Source: Ginglymostoma cirratum (taxonomy: Eukaryota). Taken from it: DNA of 64,000 nucleotides. Position 1 is the first letter of the stretch. Each line of letters begins with the position of its first letter. The notes below the pieces were generated by a model. The model made no database searches. It was not told where the DNA came from and saw nothing but the letters and a program-made list of their open reading frames with translations. The position numbers and the translations under genes are program-made. Where the stretch lies: the NCBI GenBank assembly GCA_024137785.1, contig JAHRHZ010000089.1, forward strand, positions 2,725,986 to 2,789,985, given 5' to 3'. Positions 39,250 through 52,360 of the stretch are shown piece after piece.

Positions 39250-39610
39250 TTCAGTCTCTGGATTGTATCTGTTATCTCTGTCTCTGCTCACTCTCGCCTC
39301 CTTGCTCTCTAACTCGCCTCCTAACTCTCTCTCTCTCCTCCTAGCTCGCTCGCACTCTCCTAGCTCACGCTTTCTCTCCTCTAGCTACCTCTGCCTCCCT
39401 CCTCTAGTGCTCTGTCTGTCGCTCACCCCTTCATCTCACTGTCTCTTCTCTATCTCTTTCTACTCTGTCTCTGTACTATACTGTACTCAATCTCTCTTTC
39501 TTCTACCATCCCCACCAACTCACTCTCTCTCTCCATCACCTCCCTCTCTCTCTGTCACCTCCCCCTCCCCCTCTCGCTCTCTCTCCACCATCTCCCCCTG
39601 TCTCCTTGCA
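39250..39610. repeat. CT-rich low-complexity tract
   Basis: Degenerate (CT)n; produces the spurious S/L/P-rich ORF 39233-39616. Confidence 0.9.
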
Positions 39611-39649
39611 CAATAGCGAGCTGTGGAATTTTAATTAAAGTTTTTGAAA

Positions 39650-39900
39650 GCAAGTCTTAATGACAGTGACCATGACAGCTATCATCAATTGAGTAAAAAT
39701 CCACCTGGTTCACTAATGTCCTTTAGGGAAGGAAACTACCATTCTTACCTGGTCTGGCCTACATGTGACTCCAGACCCACAGCAATGTGGTTCACCCTGT
39801 CCTCTTGAGATGCCCAAGCAAGTCACTCAGTTCAAGGGCAGTTAAGGACAGGCAACAAATGCTGGTCTTGCCAGCAATGCTCACATTCCGTGGAAAAATA
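39650..39900 (+). mobile_element. SINE family with core gggaaggaaa..cctggtctggcctacatgtgactccagac
   Basis: Copies at about 5868-6020 (+), 21825-22160 (-), 32290-32510 (+), 37390-37655 (+) and 58055-58210 (+); 3' tail resembles that of the 53570-56345 LINE. Confidence 0.8.
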
Positions 39901-40944
39901 CATTTTGAAAACTATAAGACTCGGGACAGAAAGGTGCAGATGCAGCCCTATTCCATATCTGTTTTGGATACTCAGTAAAGGACTGAAATGATTAAATCTC
40001 CGTACATTTTGGTGCCTATTATGCAGGAACCGTGTATTGATTCATAACTTTAATTCAACATTTCCTTTCCTTTAATAACCAGTCAACCATTACCCTGTTT
40101 CCTGATAATTGGCTTGTCTGTTTTTGTTACCATGTGTTTGTTACCTGTTTGCAAGTTTCAAATATGATCACTTTAGACTACAGAGGAATTTTTTGACGTT
40201 TGTCACACTGTATTTCAGCCTTCAGGCTGTGAGCATGTTTCTTGGGGAAGAGAGTGTCATCATTATTAAAGTGCAGGTTTTTTTTGATGACAGCCAAATA
40301 TTACAAAAACTATGTGTGACAATCAGGAAGTGCATACAAATGGGAAACAAAAATGGTTGCAAACTGTTGCAACTCCTGTTGTGATCGGGAGAGAAAGATG
40401 CACAAATGTGTGGATGTGTGACTAAATATTGAGGTTGAAGGTAACACTGAAAAACAACATTACCTTGTGCCTGAAAGGATTGGAGGATTTTGTCACATGC
40501 AAAAGGCATCCTGCTTGGAGACAGCTGTATTTTTCCTGTTCTCGAGCCCTCCCATTGTTTGTCAACAGTGATTCATGCAGGGAAGTGTCATAAATACAAT
40601 ATGTTCTTATATAATGCTGGCACGATATGGCTGTTTCTGGTGTTAGATACTGAGCCATGACAGAAATAGCGAGTTACAGTTCCATAGCCCACTCATTTAG
40701 CACAGGCACACACGCATTGACACTCAATTGGACATCTGGAGTAATGCATACTGTGTGTCTATATTTGAATTTGACAATTTTTGGTGTTTTAAGTTTATAC
40801 TGTGACTGTTTTTTTGTTTATGCATGGCTGCATGACTTTAGGTAAATCAAGGAAAGCAGACTGCCAACATATAAAGTGAACTACTAAATTATTTTCAAGC
40901 ACACATGTGACTTATCTATAGCAGGGAAATGAAAAACGCTTGGA

Positions 40945-41660
40945 CCATAAGACATAGGAGCAGAAGAAGGCCATTCAGCCCATCGAGTCTGCTCCGCCAT
41001 TCAACGAGATCATTGCTGATCTGATCATCCTCAACTCCACTTTCCTGTATTTTCCCCATAACCCTTGATTCCGTTCCTAATTAAAACCCTGTCTGTCTCA
41101 GCCTCAAATACTTAATTGCCCAGCCCTCTGTGGTAAAGAATTCCACAGATTCACTCCCCTCTGAGAGAAGAAATTCCTCCTCATCTCTCTTTTAAATACG
41201 TGACCCCTTATTCTGAGATTATACCCTGTGGTCCTAGACTCTCCCACAAAGAGAAACAACCTCTCCACATCAACCCTGTCAAGTCCCCTAAGAATATTAT
41301 ATGTTTCAATAAGGTCATCTCTCATTCTTCTAAATTCCAATGAGTGCAAGCCCAAGCTACTCATCCCCTTCTCATCAGACAGTCCCTCCATACTTGGTAT
41401 CAATCCTAACCTTAGCCCTAGACTTGCAAGGTCCTCCATCAGTGTGTTGAGTGTCTCTGGACTGCTTCCAATGTCAGTCTATCTTTCATTAGATAAGGGG
41501 CCCAAACTGTTCACAGTATTCCAGCTGTTGTCTGGCTAGTGCCTTATCAAGTTTTAGCAAAACCTCCATACTTTTAAATTCTATTCCCTTTGACTTCCCT
41601 ATTATCCGCTGAACTTGGATACTAGCTTTCTGTGATTCACAGATGAGGTCTCACAATCCC
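40945..41660 (-). mobile_element. CR1-like LINE 3' fragment
   Basis: ORF 41104-41439 LGLHSLEFRRMRDDLIETY...FFSQRGVNLWNSLP. Confidence 0.9.
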
Positions 41661-41759
41661 TCTATTCTCCTTGTGACTGCCTGTAATTGTTGGCAATTGT
41701 TATCTGATCAAATCACTTGTGAATGATGACTAGAAATGTTGTTTTGCCTTCTGTTTCAG

Positions 41760-41933
41760 GTTTTCACTGCAATCTTTGCAGCAGAAATGTTTATGAAGCT
41801 AATAGCAATGGACCCTTACTACTATTTTCAGGAAGGGTGGAACATTTTTGATGGCTTTATAGTGTCCCTCAGTTTAATGGAGCTTGGTCTGGCAAATGTT
41901 GAAGGACTGTCTGTGCTGAGGTCCTTCAGATTG
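41760..41933 (+). CDS. SCN8A: Nav1.6 coding exon F (DII S2 to first half of S4)
   Basis: ctgtttcAG / GTaaat; 174 nt; [58 protein letters not shown]. Confidence 0.97.
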
Positions 41934-42109
41934 GTAAATATCGAGTTTTGTGTTATATGTCATAATTCTGTTTACAGTTGCCTACAATAACCTTTGAGCT
42001 ATGATACCTGAGAACATTGCAGGTTCTCCGTCAGAGTGTTGTGTCTTTTGACACATTGTGTCAACTAGAAAGTTGTAAATGCAATGGGCATGTGATAGGA
42101 CTTGTGACA

Positions 42110-42310
42110 GCCTGTCTATTTTACAGCAAACAATGTCTGCAGTAGACAGTCTATTTAAATGACACACTGCAGCATGCCGTCTACCGACTGTATTTAAACA
42201 GTACACTGCAGCCCGCAGTCTCTACAGATTATTTAAACAGCACATAGTCTACAGTGTCTATTTAAACAGCACACAGTCTGCAGAGTCCATTTAAATAGAG
42301 TGCCAGCTAC
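42110..42310. repeat. Degenerate minisatellite
   Basis: TATTTAAA core at 42152, 42191, 42230 and 42259, plus CATTTAAA at 42288 (spacings 39, 39, 29, 29). Confidence 0.75.
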
Positions 42311-42656
42311 AGCAAATGGCTTGTTATGACCAAAACTGTAGCAATGCCTCCTAATTTAAAAAGGTGATTTCACCAGCAAATTTCATTAAATGAAGCGTAG
42401 TTACATATTATAAATTTGTCATTTCTATTACAAAGTGTTGCAATTGGGTGATTGTTACATGCACAGTCTGAGCATAAAATCAATCTAATGTAATCTGGTA
42501 TCAGAAGTATTAGCAACTGGCTCACAACCAGAAGGAGGAATTTATCTCATTTGCAGTGTTTGCGTAAAACTAACAGTGACTACAAAAGCAACTCATTGAT
42601 AGTTAAAATCACCTTGGAGCCTCCTGAAAGCATATAAGAATTATGACCCCAGTTGA

Positions 42657-43435
42657 TGTTACTACTGGACAACTCAGATTACAAAATAAAATCTGTCTTG
42701 ATAGATTATCTTCTGCCTTTTCGTTAATTTAGTGTGGCAGTCTTTCGGTGAAATTTAAGCAAACAAGGCTTCAGATTTGGTTTTAACAATAAAGCAGAAG
42801 TTTATGACACAAAGTAAATTAAAATAAAATTATACAGACCAACCCAACTAAATATAATAGCCTGAAAGATTTCAAACATACAACAAAACAACATCCCATC
42901 TATCATTAACACCATCACTTTTGTTACTCAAAAACCAAAGAAATTCCTTCCTTATAAAATCTGTAGGTTTGACTTAACTTCTTCTGAGTTCTGTTCCCAT
43001 ATACTGTGAAGCCTTTTCCTTCAATCCTCACACAACTAATCTTAGACTTTCTCAGTCTTTGAATAATCTGCGCAGTTCTAACCAAACACTTCAGGTTTGG
43101 AAGTTTCACAACTTACACTATTTCACTGAGCTAACCTATTTCCTTAACTGCTATGAACAGCCTCCTTTTTATAAGAGAGATTATACTTGTAAGTGACTTC
43201 AGTCAGGTTTCCTTCAAACTGCCCAAAACCTTTTGAACAAGATTTTTTAAAAACCTGTTCACCTCAGATTCTGATCAGCTACTAACTTAATGCTTCTCTC
43301 TCCAGTTGTACAACATAAACAAATGTCCATGAGCACTCCAGGAGGCATATTCTGTTTCAAGTGATGTTTCCAGAAAGACTGCCCTAGTTAAGTTTAAACC
43401 CCTTCACAAATATAGACCAACACCCATGTGCCACA
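42657..43435 (-). mobile_element. Probable solo LTR
   Basis: TGTTAC...GCCACA termini flanked by a perfect AGTTGA direct repeat (42651-42656, 43436-43441); TATAAAA on the minus strand at 43167-43173; no coding capacity. Confidence 0.6.
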
Positions 43436-43454
43436 AGTTGAAAATCCAAGAGAT

Positions 43455-44897
43455 AGAGCTCGAACAGTTCATCCACTTCACCAACACCTTCCACCCCAAC
43501 CTGAAGTTCACCTGGACCATCTCTAACACCTCTCTCTCCTTCCTGGACCTCTCTGTCTCCATCTCGGGTAACCACCTAGAAACCGATATCCATTTCAAGC
43601 CCACTGACTCCCACAGCTACCTAGAATACATCTCCTCCCACCCACCTTCCTGCAAAAATGCCATCCCCTATTCCCAATTCCTTCGCCTCTGCCACATCAG
43701 CTCCCAGGATGAGGCATTCCACACCTGTACATCTCAGATGTCCTCATTCTTCAAGGACCGCAACTTCCCCCACCACAGTGGTCGAGAATGCCCTCGACCG
43801 TGTCTCCCGCATTTCCCGCAACTCATCCCTCACACCCCGTCCCCACAATAACAACCAAAAAAGAATCCCCCTCGTCCTCACCACCACCCCACCAATCTCC
43901 GGATCCAACGCATCATCCTCCGACACTTCCGCCATCTGCAATCCGACCCCACCACCAAAGACATTTTTCCCTCCCCACCCTTGTCTGCTTTCCGGAGGGA
44001 CCACTCTCTCCGTGACTCCCTTGTCCGCTCCACACTCCCCTCCAGCCCCACCACACCCGTCACTTTTCCCTGCAACCGCAGGAAGTGCTACACCTGCCCC
44101 CACACCTCCTCCCTCACCCCAATCCCAGGCCCCAAGAAGACTTCCAACATCAAGCAGATGTTCACCTGCGCATCTTCCAATGTGGTACACTGCATCTGCT
44201 GTACCCGTTGTGGCCTCCTCTACATCGGGGAAACCAAGCGGAGGCTTGGGGACGGCTTTGCAGAACACCTGCGCTCAGTTTGCAACAAACAACTGCACCT
44301 CCCAGTCGCGAACCATTTCAACTCCCCCTCCCATTCCTCAGACGACATGTCCATCCTGGGCCTCCTGCAATGCCACAGTGATGCCACTCGAAGGCTGCAG
44401 GAACAGCAAATCATATTCAGCCTGGGAACCCTGCAGCCCAATGGTATCAATGTGGATTTCACAACCTTCAAAATCTCCCCTCCCCCAACCGCATCCCAAA
44501 ACCAGCCCAGCTCATCCCCGCCTCCCTAACCTGTTCTTCCTCTCACCTATCCCCTCCTCCCACCTCAAGCCGCACCTCCATCTCCTATCTACTAACCTCA
44601 TCCCGTCCCCTTGACCTGTCCGTCCTCCCTGGACTGACCTATCTCCTCCCTACCTCCCCACCTACACTCACCTTTACTGGCTCCATCCCCACCTCTTTGA
44701 CTTGTCTGTCTTCTCTCCACCTATCCTCTCCTCTATCCATCTTCTATCCGCCTCCCCCTCTCTCCCTATTTATTTCAGAACCCTCTTCCCCTCCCCCATT
44801 TCTGATGAAGGGTCTAGGCCCGAAACGTCAAGCTTTCCTGCTCCTATGATGCTGCTTGGCCTGCTGTGTTCATCCAGCTCCACACCTTGTTGTCTTA
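43455..44897 (+). mobile_element. 5'-truncated Penelope-like element (RT C-terminus, GIY-YIG endonuclease, 3' repeat)
   Basis: LSFLDL...FKPTDSHSYL...HP..CKNAIPYSQFLRL and VVHCICCTRCGLLYIGETKRRL...EH...VANHF...LGTLQPNGIN; C-rich 3' region ending in a hammerhead motif. Confidence 0.92.
44796..44835 (+). ncRNA. Minimal type I hammerhead ribozyme motif (Penelope-type)
   Basis: CTGATGA 44802-44808, extra A, stem II GGG/CCC with loop TCTAGG, then GAAACGTC with palindromic ACGT stem III; predicted cut after C44829; stem I weak. Confidence 0.7.
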
Positions 44898-45014
44898 GTT
44901 TCAAATCCAAGCTGTTTTTGCAAAAAATGTTAAATCTCACAAAGGAGGGTGTGAATCCTTATGATTATGTGTCCTCTGATGATTCGCGATTGAAATTACT
45001 GTCTGTTGTGTTGA

Positions 45015-45578
<564 letters not shown>

Positions 45579-45952
45579 TAGAATTGAAAAATAATTGTAA
45601 TTTTTAGTAGCCAGCTATAAAGAAAAGGTTTCATTTCTTGTGTCCCAATTTGTAACACAGCCATCATTTATTGCATATAATTCCTGCCTATGTAATTCTA
45701 ATATGGAATTAATCAGTTTAACAGAAGCATGAAATTATTTATTTTAAAGTTGTGTAGGCATGAATTTCTAAGAGTATGTCGAGGTATACAGATACACCCC
45801 AGAACAGTCTCAGGTGTTTGTTTTATCGCAAGGTACTGTGTTTCACTTTGACTGGTTATGTGAATGTCTAATACTTGGTCTGAAATTTCTGGCTGATTGG
45901 TGGAGCTACCCTTCTCGACAGTATTTGGGACTTCCTGAATGTGGTGGTCCTT

Positions 45953-46972
45953 TAGAACATAGAACATAGAACATAGACAGCGCAGTACAGGCCCTTCGGC
46001 CCTCGATGTTGTGCCGACCTGTGAAACCAATCTGAAGCCCATCTAGCCTACACTATTCCCTTATCATCCATGTGTTTATCCAACGACCATTTAAATGCCC
46101 TTAAAGTTGGCGAGTCTACCACTGTTGCAGGGAGGGCATTCCACGCCTTTACTACTCTCTGTGTAAAGAACCTACCTTTGACATCTGTCCTATATCTATC
46201 ACCCGTCAATTTAAAGCTATGTCCCCTCATGCTAGCCATCACCATCCAAGGAAAAAGACTCTCACTGTCCACCCTATCTAATCCTCTGATCATCTTGTAT
46301 GTCTCTATTAAGTCACCTCTTAACCTTCTTCTCTCTAACGAAAACAGCCTCAAGTCCCTCAGCCTTTCCTCATAAGACCTTCCCTCCATACCAGGCAACA
46401 TCCTGGTAAATCTCCTCTGCACCCTTTCCAATGTTTCCACATCTTTCCTATAATGCGGCAACCAGAACTGTACGCAATACTCCAAGTGCGGCCGCACCAG
46501 AGTTTTGTACAGCTACAACATGACCTCACGGCTCCGAAACTCAATCCCTCTACCAATAAAACCTAACACACCGTACGCCTTCTTAACCACCCTATGAACC
46601 TGGGTGGCAACTTTCAAGCATCTATGCACTTGGACACCGAGATCTCTCTGCTCGTCCACACTACCAAGAATCTTACCATTAGCCCTGTACTCTGTATTCC
46701 TGTTACTCCTTCCAGAGTGAATCACCTCACACTTTTCCGCATTAAACTCCATTTGCCACCTCTCAGCCCAGCTCTGCAGCTTATCTATGTCCCTCTGTAA
46801 CCTGCAACATCCTTCCGCACTATCCACAACTCCACCGACTTTGTCATCGGCAAATTCACTAACCCATCCTTCTACAACCTCATCCAGGTCATTTATAAAA
46901 ATGAGAAACAGCAGTGGCCCCAAAACAGATCCTTGCGGTACACCACTAGTAACTGAACTCCAGGATGAACAT
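45953..46972 (-). mobile_element. Young CR1/HER1 LINE, about 1 kb 3' fragment
   Basis: LGPLLFLIFINDL...FADD...WQMEFNAEKC and RPHLEYCVQFW...; (ACATAGA)n tail. Confidence 0.94.
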
Positions 46973-47214
46973 TGTGACTGTAGGAGTTACTCTCCACTTT
47001 GACAAGACTGGCATATGGCAGGAGCATGTATCAGGAAATTGTGAATCCCAGGTAGCAGTTAGCAACCCATTGTACAACCAAAAGTCAGTGTCCAACCATT
47101 TCCAGGTCTGAATTCACAACATGTGTTCAGATTAAGACTGAAATTGTCTTCAGGATTATCAGATTTTGAGAAACAAAAAAATTACTTTGCTGGTCCTCAA
47201 TATCATCGAAGTGC

Positions 47215-47630
47215 CCACTTGATTGGCACCCTATTCACCACTTTCATCAACCACTCCCTCCCCTACTGACGCTCAGTAGCAGCAGTATGTACTATCTACA
47301 AGACGCACTGCAGAAATTCACCAAAGGTCCTCAGACAGCACCTTTCAAACCCACAACCACTTCCGCCTAGAAGGAAAAGGGCAGAAGATATATGGGAACA
47401 CCACCACCTGCAAGTTTCCCTCCAAGCCACTCACCGTCCTGACTTGGAAATATATCTCCGCTTCTTCACTGTCACTGGGTCAAAATCCTGGAAATCTCTT
47501 CCTAAGGGTATTGTGGGTCTACCTACAGCACACGGACTGCAGCAGTTCAAGAAGGCAGCTCACTACAGTCTTCTCAAGGGAAAACGAGGGATGGGCAATA
47601 AACAATGCCCACATCCCATATACGAATATA
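47215..47630 (+). mobile_element. 3' fragment of the same LINE family
   Basis: cacttgattggcacc...gctcagtagcagcagt...gggcaataaa matches 55920-56330. Confidence 0.88.
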
Positions 47631-47904
47631 AAAAGAAAACAGGTCTTGTGTGCCCTGAAATCAGAGTCTCTGAATATTAGTATTTCCTTGAATACCACTT
47701 TAACAAATGTTTACTTCCAGTGGTTAAGTTCAGGTCAGTTGTGTGTAATTTTAAATGCAGTCTGAGAATACTAAAACAAAGATGTGTCTCAAATGACCAG
47801 AATTTTTCCTAAATAAATTAGCAGAGCCTTCTCACTTCAAAATGAAGGAGAAGCTTTCCTTCTGCTGCCTTGTTTCTGTTATATTCACGTATGTTTCACC
47901 ATAG

Positions 47905-48375
47905 GTGCTGAACCTGTTCCTGGCCTTGTTGCTGAGCTCGTTCAGTGCTGATAATCTTGCAGCGACTGACGATGACGGTGAGATCAACAACCTTCAGTTG
48001 TCTGTGATTAGGATCAAGAAGGGAATCGCCTTTGTGAAGGCCTATGGGCGTGCATTTGTTCAGAAACATTTCAAGAGCAAAGATGCAGATGAGGCCAAAC
48101 CACTGGACGAGCTCATAGACAAAAAGGTGAATTACATCGGAAACCATACTGGTGCCGATATCAACCGAGAAATGGACTACCAAAAGAATGGCAATGGCAC
48201 CACCAGTGGCATAGGGAGCAGTGTGGAAAAATACATAATTGATGATGACCACAATTCCTTTATCCACAATCCTAATCTTACTGTCAGAGTTCCAATTGCA
48301 GTTGGGGAGTCGGACTTTGAAAACCTAAATACTGAAGACTTCAGCAGCGAATCTGAAGTTGGTGGGAGCAAGGAG
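47905..48375 (+). CDS. SCN8A: Nav1.6 coding exon H (DII-S6 end and loop 2 with ankyrin-G motif)
   Basis: accatAG / GTagga; 471 nt; [26 protein letters not shown]...[18 protein letters not shown]...[19 protein letters not shown]. Confidence 0.97.
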
Positions 48376-49456
48376 GTAGGAAGACATATTTGTAATTCTT
48401 GTCTGTGGTCATTGCTTTTTCTGTTGCTGTCATACCACCAGTCAACATTCAGTAATTCAGCTGAATATGCCAGAGGCTGAACTTCAGAGTGACAAAATGC
48501 TTTCAGGCTGACCAATCAATTTCCCATCCCAAGCACTTTCTGTTTGAAAAGTCTACATTGAGCATTTAAACATTTGACAGGATAGTCCAAATTCCTTTGT
48601 CTGATTTGTAGCATAAGTTTTAACCATTAGAAACCTGCCAATTTCACTGCTGATAGAGCGGAGAAGTTAATTTCAGATGAATGCTGTAAAGATCCTTTTA
48701 TAACCCTTTTTACATTTGGTTTTTGAAGGTTGAAGTTTTTATTTGCCCCAGTGACCATGCTCCAAAACATTCTGGGAATGCTCACTGTTGAGACCAATCA
48801 TATTGAGGATGAATAAGATTCTAGTCCTGAAAAGATTCCAGAACTTAATAAGTAAGTTGAGAACCTGGAATTTATAGATTGTAGTTTCAGGATAACCACT
48901 GTGGCACATGTCAGCCAGTGCCACAAAAGATACATAAGGGTAGTACGTGCCTAGCTAGGGGCATGACATAGGAGAGGAAGTTGAGATTAGTTGAGCCTTT
49001 GTCTGCACCATGGGGAAACATCTAGAGCCTACTTGAGCTAGCCAGATATAAGGGGGTGTCCTCATGGTGCATGTTTGGCAGAGAACCCAGACTAATATAA
49101 GCATGAGTTGAGCAAGGGCTTTGTTTTAGCAATTAAAGTTGATCTTGACTATGTATGATTGACAACTCTATGCAGTTATAAAATGTTGTTCATTCTATGA
49201 TCTCTTTTGTCAATGTCTTGTTTATTTGGACAAGGTCAAGGGATCTAAAGTGTTTGAACCTCTGTTGATAATTAATGGTCTTTCTGATTGACACTTTCAT
49301 TGGATTGCAGGAATAGTAGGCTCTTCTCAAGAAACATTTCTGAATGGGCTTTTTTGGTCTCCATTCCACACTCACCATTGTTATTATATGAGCTCATTGA
49401 TTATATATTTGGTGCATCCTGAATAATTGAGCACGGCAGGGAAATAAGTTGTCATA

Positions 49457-49580
49457 GATGATGTGGACGTACCGATGTTGGTCTGGGGAGGACTAAGTCA
49501 GAAGTCACAACACAAGGTTATAGTCCAACGGGTTTATTTGAAATCACAAGCTTTCAGAGCTCTGTTCCTTCATCAGGTCA
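49457..49580 (-). mobile_element. Short hammerhead-bearing element (second family)
   Basis: Minus strand CTGATGA-AGGAACAGAGCTCT-GAAAGCTT-GTG; a related copy lacking the 5' core lies at about 9947-10045 (+). Confidence 0.7.
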
Positions 49581-49584
49581 AGTG

Positions 49585-49995
49585 ATGTCCTCTGCTGTAA
49601 AGAATTCCACAGATTCATGACCCCCTGAGAGAAAAGAAATCATTCTCATCTCTGTTTTCAATCTGCGACACTTTAGTCTGAGATTATGCCCTCTGGCCGT
49701 AGACTCTCCTACAAGAGGAAATGATCTTTCAGCATCTACCCTGTCAAGTCCTCTAACAAATTTGTATATTTCGATAAATTTGCCTCCCATTCTTCTATAT
49801 TCCAACTAGTCCAGAGGCAACCTACTCAACCTGTCCTCATAAGACAGTCCCTCCATACCTGGAATCAGCCTAGTGAGCCTTCTCTGGACTGTCTCCAATA
49901 TTAGTATATCTTTCCTTCAATAAGGACTTATAATTGTTAATTTTTGGTCTCTTTATTACCTTGTACAGTTTTAGCAAGACTTCCTATTTTTATAC
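49585..49995 (-). mobile_element. CR1-like LINE 3' fragment
   Basis: ORF 49578-49805 IEIYKFVRGLDRVDAERSFPLVGESTARGHNL. Confidence 0.85.
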
Positions 49996-51528
49996 TATCT
50001 GCCTAATGCCAAATGTTAGGACCCGTTGCCCTCCTTCCGAAGATGCTCAAGGACGTCCAATTTTCCACCAGCTTCCTACGTGTTTTCCAGCTGGATTTAA
50101 ATGATGCCCGGTGTTCAAATAACCCAGGCTCTATTTCATGAGTAATGAGTCTGTTTTCAACTCACTCTGCTGCTCACCTGTCCAGGGTTAAGCCTTTATC
50201 TCTGTGTTGTCCATTAACAAAGTGGCATTATTGCATTAAGACTTTTAACCCTGGCAGTACCAAACCAGTATGTAGAATAAAATACAACACCATAAATGAA
50301 ATGTTACAGGCTGTGTTACTTTAGACAAGAGAGTAGGGGTGGGAGGTATACCCTCAACAATGTAAGCACTGACAAGGGAATAGAATAGCACCTTCTATAC
50401 ACTGCATGCTATTCAGAATCCCCATCAATAATGATCATGCACTATTGTGATAGCACTCTTTCACCAACCTCAGTAGATGAATATATGAACAACGTATCTT
50501 TAATGTCTCCTTCCTTTTTCATGTTTCCTTAGCATGCTGTCAAGGGAGTTAAAATTACACTGTGCAAACTTAGTAACAAATGCATAAGTGGCTAATAGCC
50601 TCCTTAAAACTAGCGATAAAGTAAGTTATGGGTATACAACAGAGATGGGCCGGACAGGACCCCTGGTCTGTTCAGTTCTGTGAAATAGTTTGTCACAAAA
50701 GATCGACTTGCCATTCCAACTGAAGCTGTACAGACTTCCAAAGTGTCTGGATGCGTTTATTATTCCAGTTTCACTGAAACAAAGCTTGTGTCAAAGACAA
50801 AATATGCACAGTGAAAGTACACTATGTATCCAGACACCTTGGTATATTTTGAACTTTGAGGCCTTAGCTTTCAGTGTCTAGAAGTTTGGCAATTGTGCCC
50901 AGTATTGGGGTTGTCAGTGCAAAATATCTCAAGGACTGAGCCTATGACAACCAGAACTCTCTGTCTTGACTCCATCTTTTCCAGAGTTTCCCTTTGATTT
51001 TCTGCAGCATGGAATAACTGTTATGTAAATTTAACACCATGATCTATAAGACATCCTTCTTTGTATATATTTTTGCTTCAAGTATCACAACTTTAAATAA
51101 AAAGAGACAGCTGTTCTTTCTTTAATTTCTCCTGGCGATGCTTTGGCCTTGAGCAATCAGAGACATCCTTCTTGTTTTAAAATGTTTACGAAAGTGTGAC
51201 AGTTAACTGCCAGTCATCATTCGCTGGAAAAGTCTTCATGGCAAAACCTTTACCAATCAGCACTGACCTCATATACAGTATAAAGGTTATGTCCCTTTAA
51301 ATTAGTATTCTTGCCAATTGTCCAGATAAGTGCAAATCTCAACAGAATGTGTCTTTTTCCAAAAATACTTTTTTTTAAAAAGTGCTTAAAAACTGATGGC
51401 CAGGACAAGATAGCAATGCATGACCTACTGTATATCTTTCTGCTCTTGTTGTGATGACATCTATTCCTTCAGGATCACTTATTTCATTGTGGAGTTACCA
51501 ATCATTTGTTTGTCTTGTGAATTTGCAG

Positions 51529-51649
51529 AAACTGGATGACACCAGCTCATCAGAAGGAAGCACAATAGATATAAAGCCAGAAGGAGAAGAGGGGCCACCA
51601 GTAGAGCAACCTGAAGAGTACTTAGACCCTGAAGCATGTTTCACTGATG
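51529..51649 (+). CDS. SCN8A: Nav1.6 coding exon I (loop 2)
   Basis: atttgcAG / GTagta; 121 nt, phase 0/1; [40 protein letters not shown]. Confidence 0.95.
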
Positions 51650-52244
51650 GTAGTACCTGACTAAATGACATTGTGAAATCACAGTTAGCATTGCAAGAGA
51701 TGAATTGGGTCAGAGTGACTTATTGTAGTGCAAGACATGAACAGCTGATGCAATCCTCATACTCTTTTTCTAAAATAGATAAGAGCCTAAGAAATCCAAG
51801 CAGTTTCGGGTCATTTGGCCCCTTGATAATAATATATGATTGTAACCTTGACCCTACTATCCTCTTTGTCCCCCATAACCCTCGTCTTCCTTGTCAATCA
51901 GAAATCTGTCTAAATTTAGCCTTGACTAAATTCAATGAACCAGCCCCCAATGCTCACTGAGCAAAAGAATTCCAAGCACTATAACAACATTCCTGGGAGA
52001 AGTAATTCCCTCTTTTCTCTGCCTTGAATGACAGGCTCCTTAGGTTCAATTTTCCCTTACCTGGAGGTGGTGAGAAGGGAAAACATTTGGATGAGTTGAC
52101 CCCAGTGAGATGTTCATCCCCTTCTCAGTACAACTCTAATAAAGGGTTGGGCGAGCATGTCCATGGACAACTTTCCTGACCTGCTACCAATTAAGGGCTT
52201 TAAGCAATCTATTAATGACCTCAACTCACTGAATCCCCAAGGGG

Positions 52245-52360
52245 CCTCTGTGGCACAATGATAGTGTCCTCACCTCTAAGCCAGGAGTCCTGAGTTCAAG
52301 TCGCGCCTGCTCCAGAGGTGTGTCGTAATATCTCTGAACAGGTTGATATAAAAAGTATCC
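52245..52360 (+). mobile_element. Short tRNA-headed SINE
   Basis: gtggcacaatgatagtgtcctcacctctaagccaggagtcctgagttcaagtc; related copies at about 53255-53480 (+) and 60815-60915 (-). Confidence 0.7.

Noticed and set aside
39233-39616. 127-aa Ser/Leu-rich ORF
   Set aside because: Translation of a CT low-complexity tract.
43658-44614. 318-aa Pro/Ser/Thr-rich ORF as a novel gene
   Set aside because: Off-frame reading of the C-rich Penelope element; the real motifs lie in other frames.
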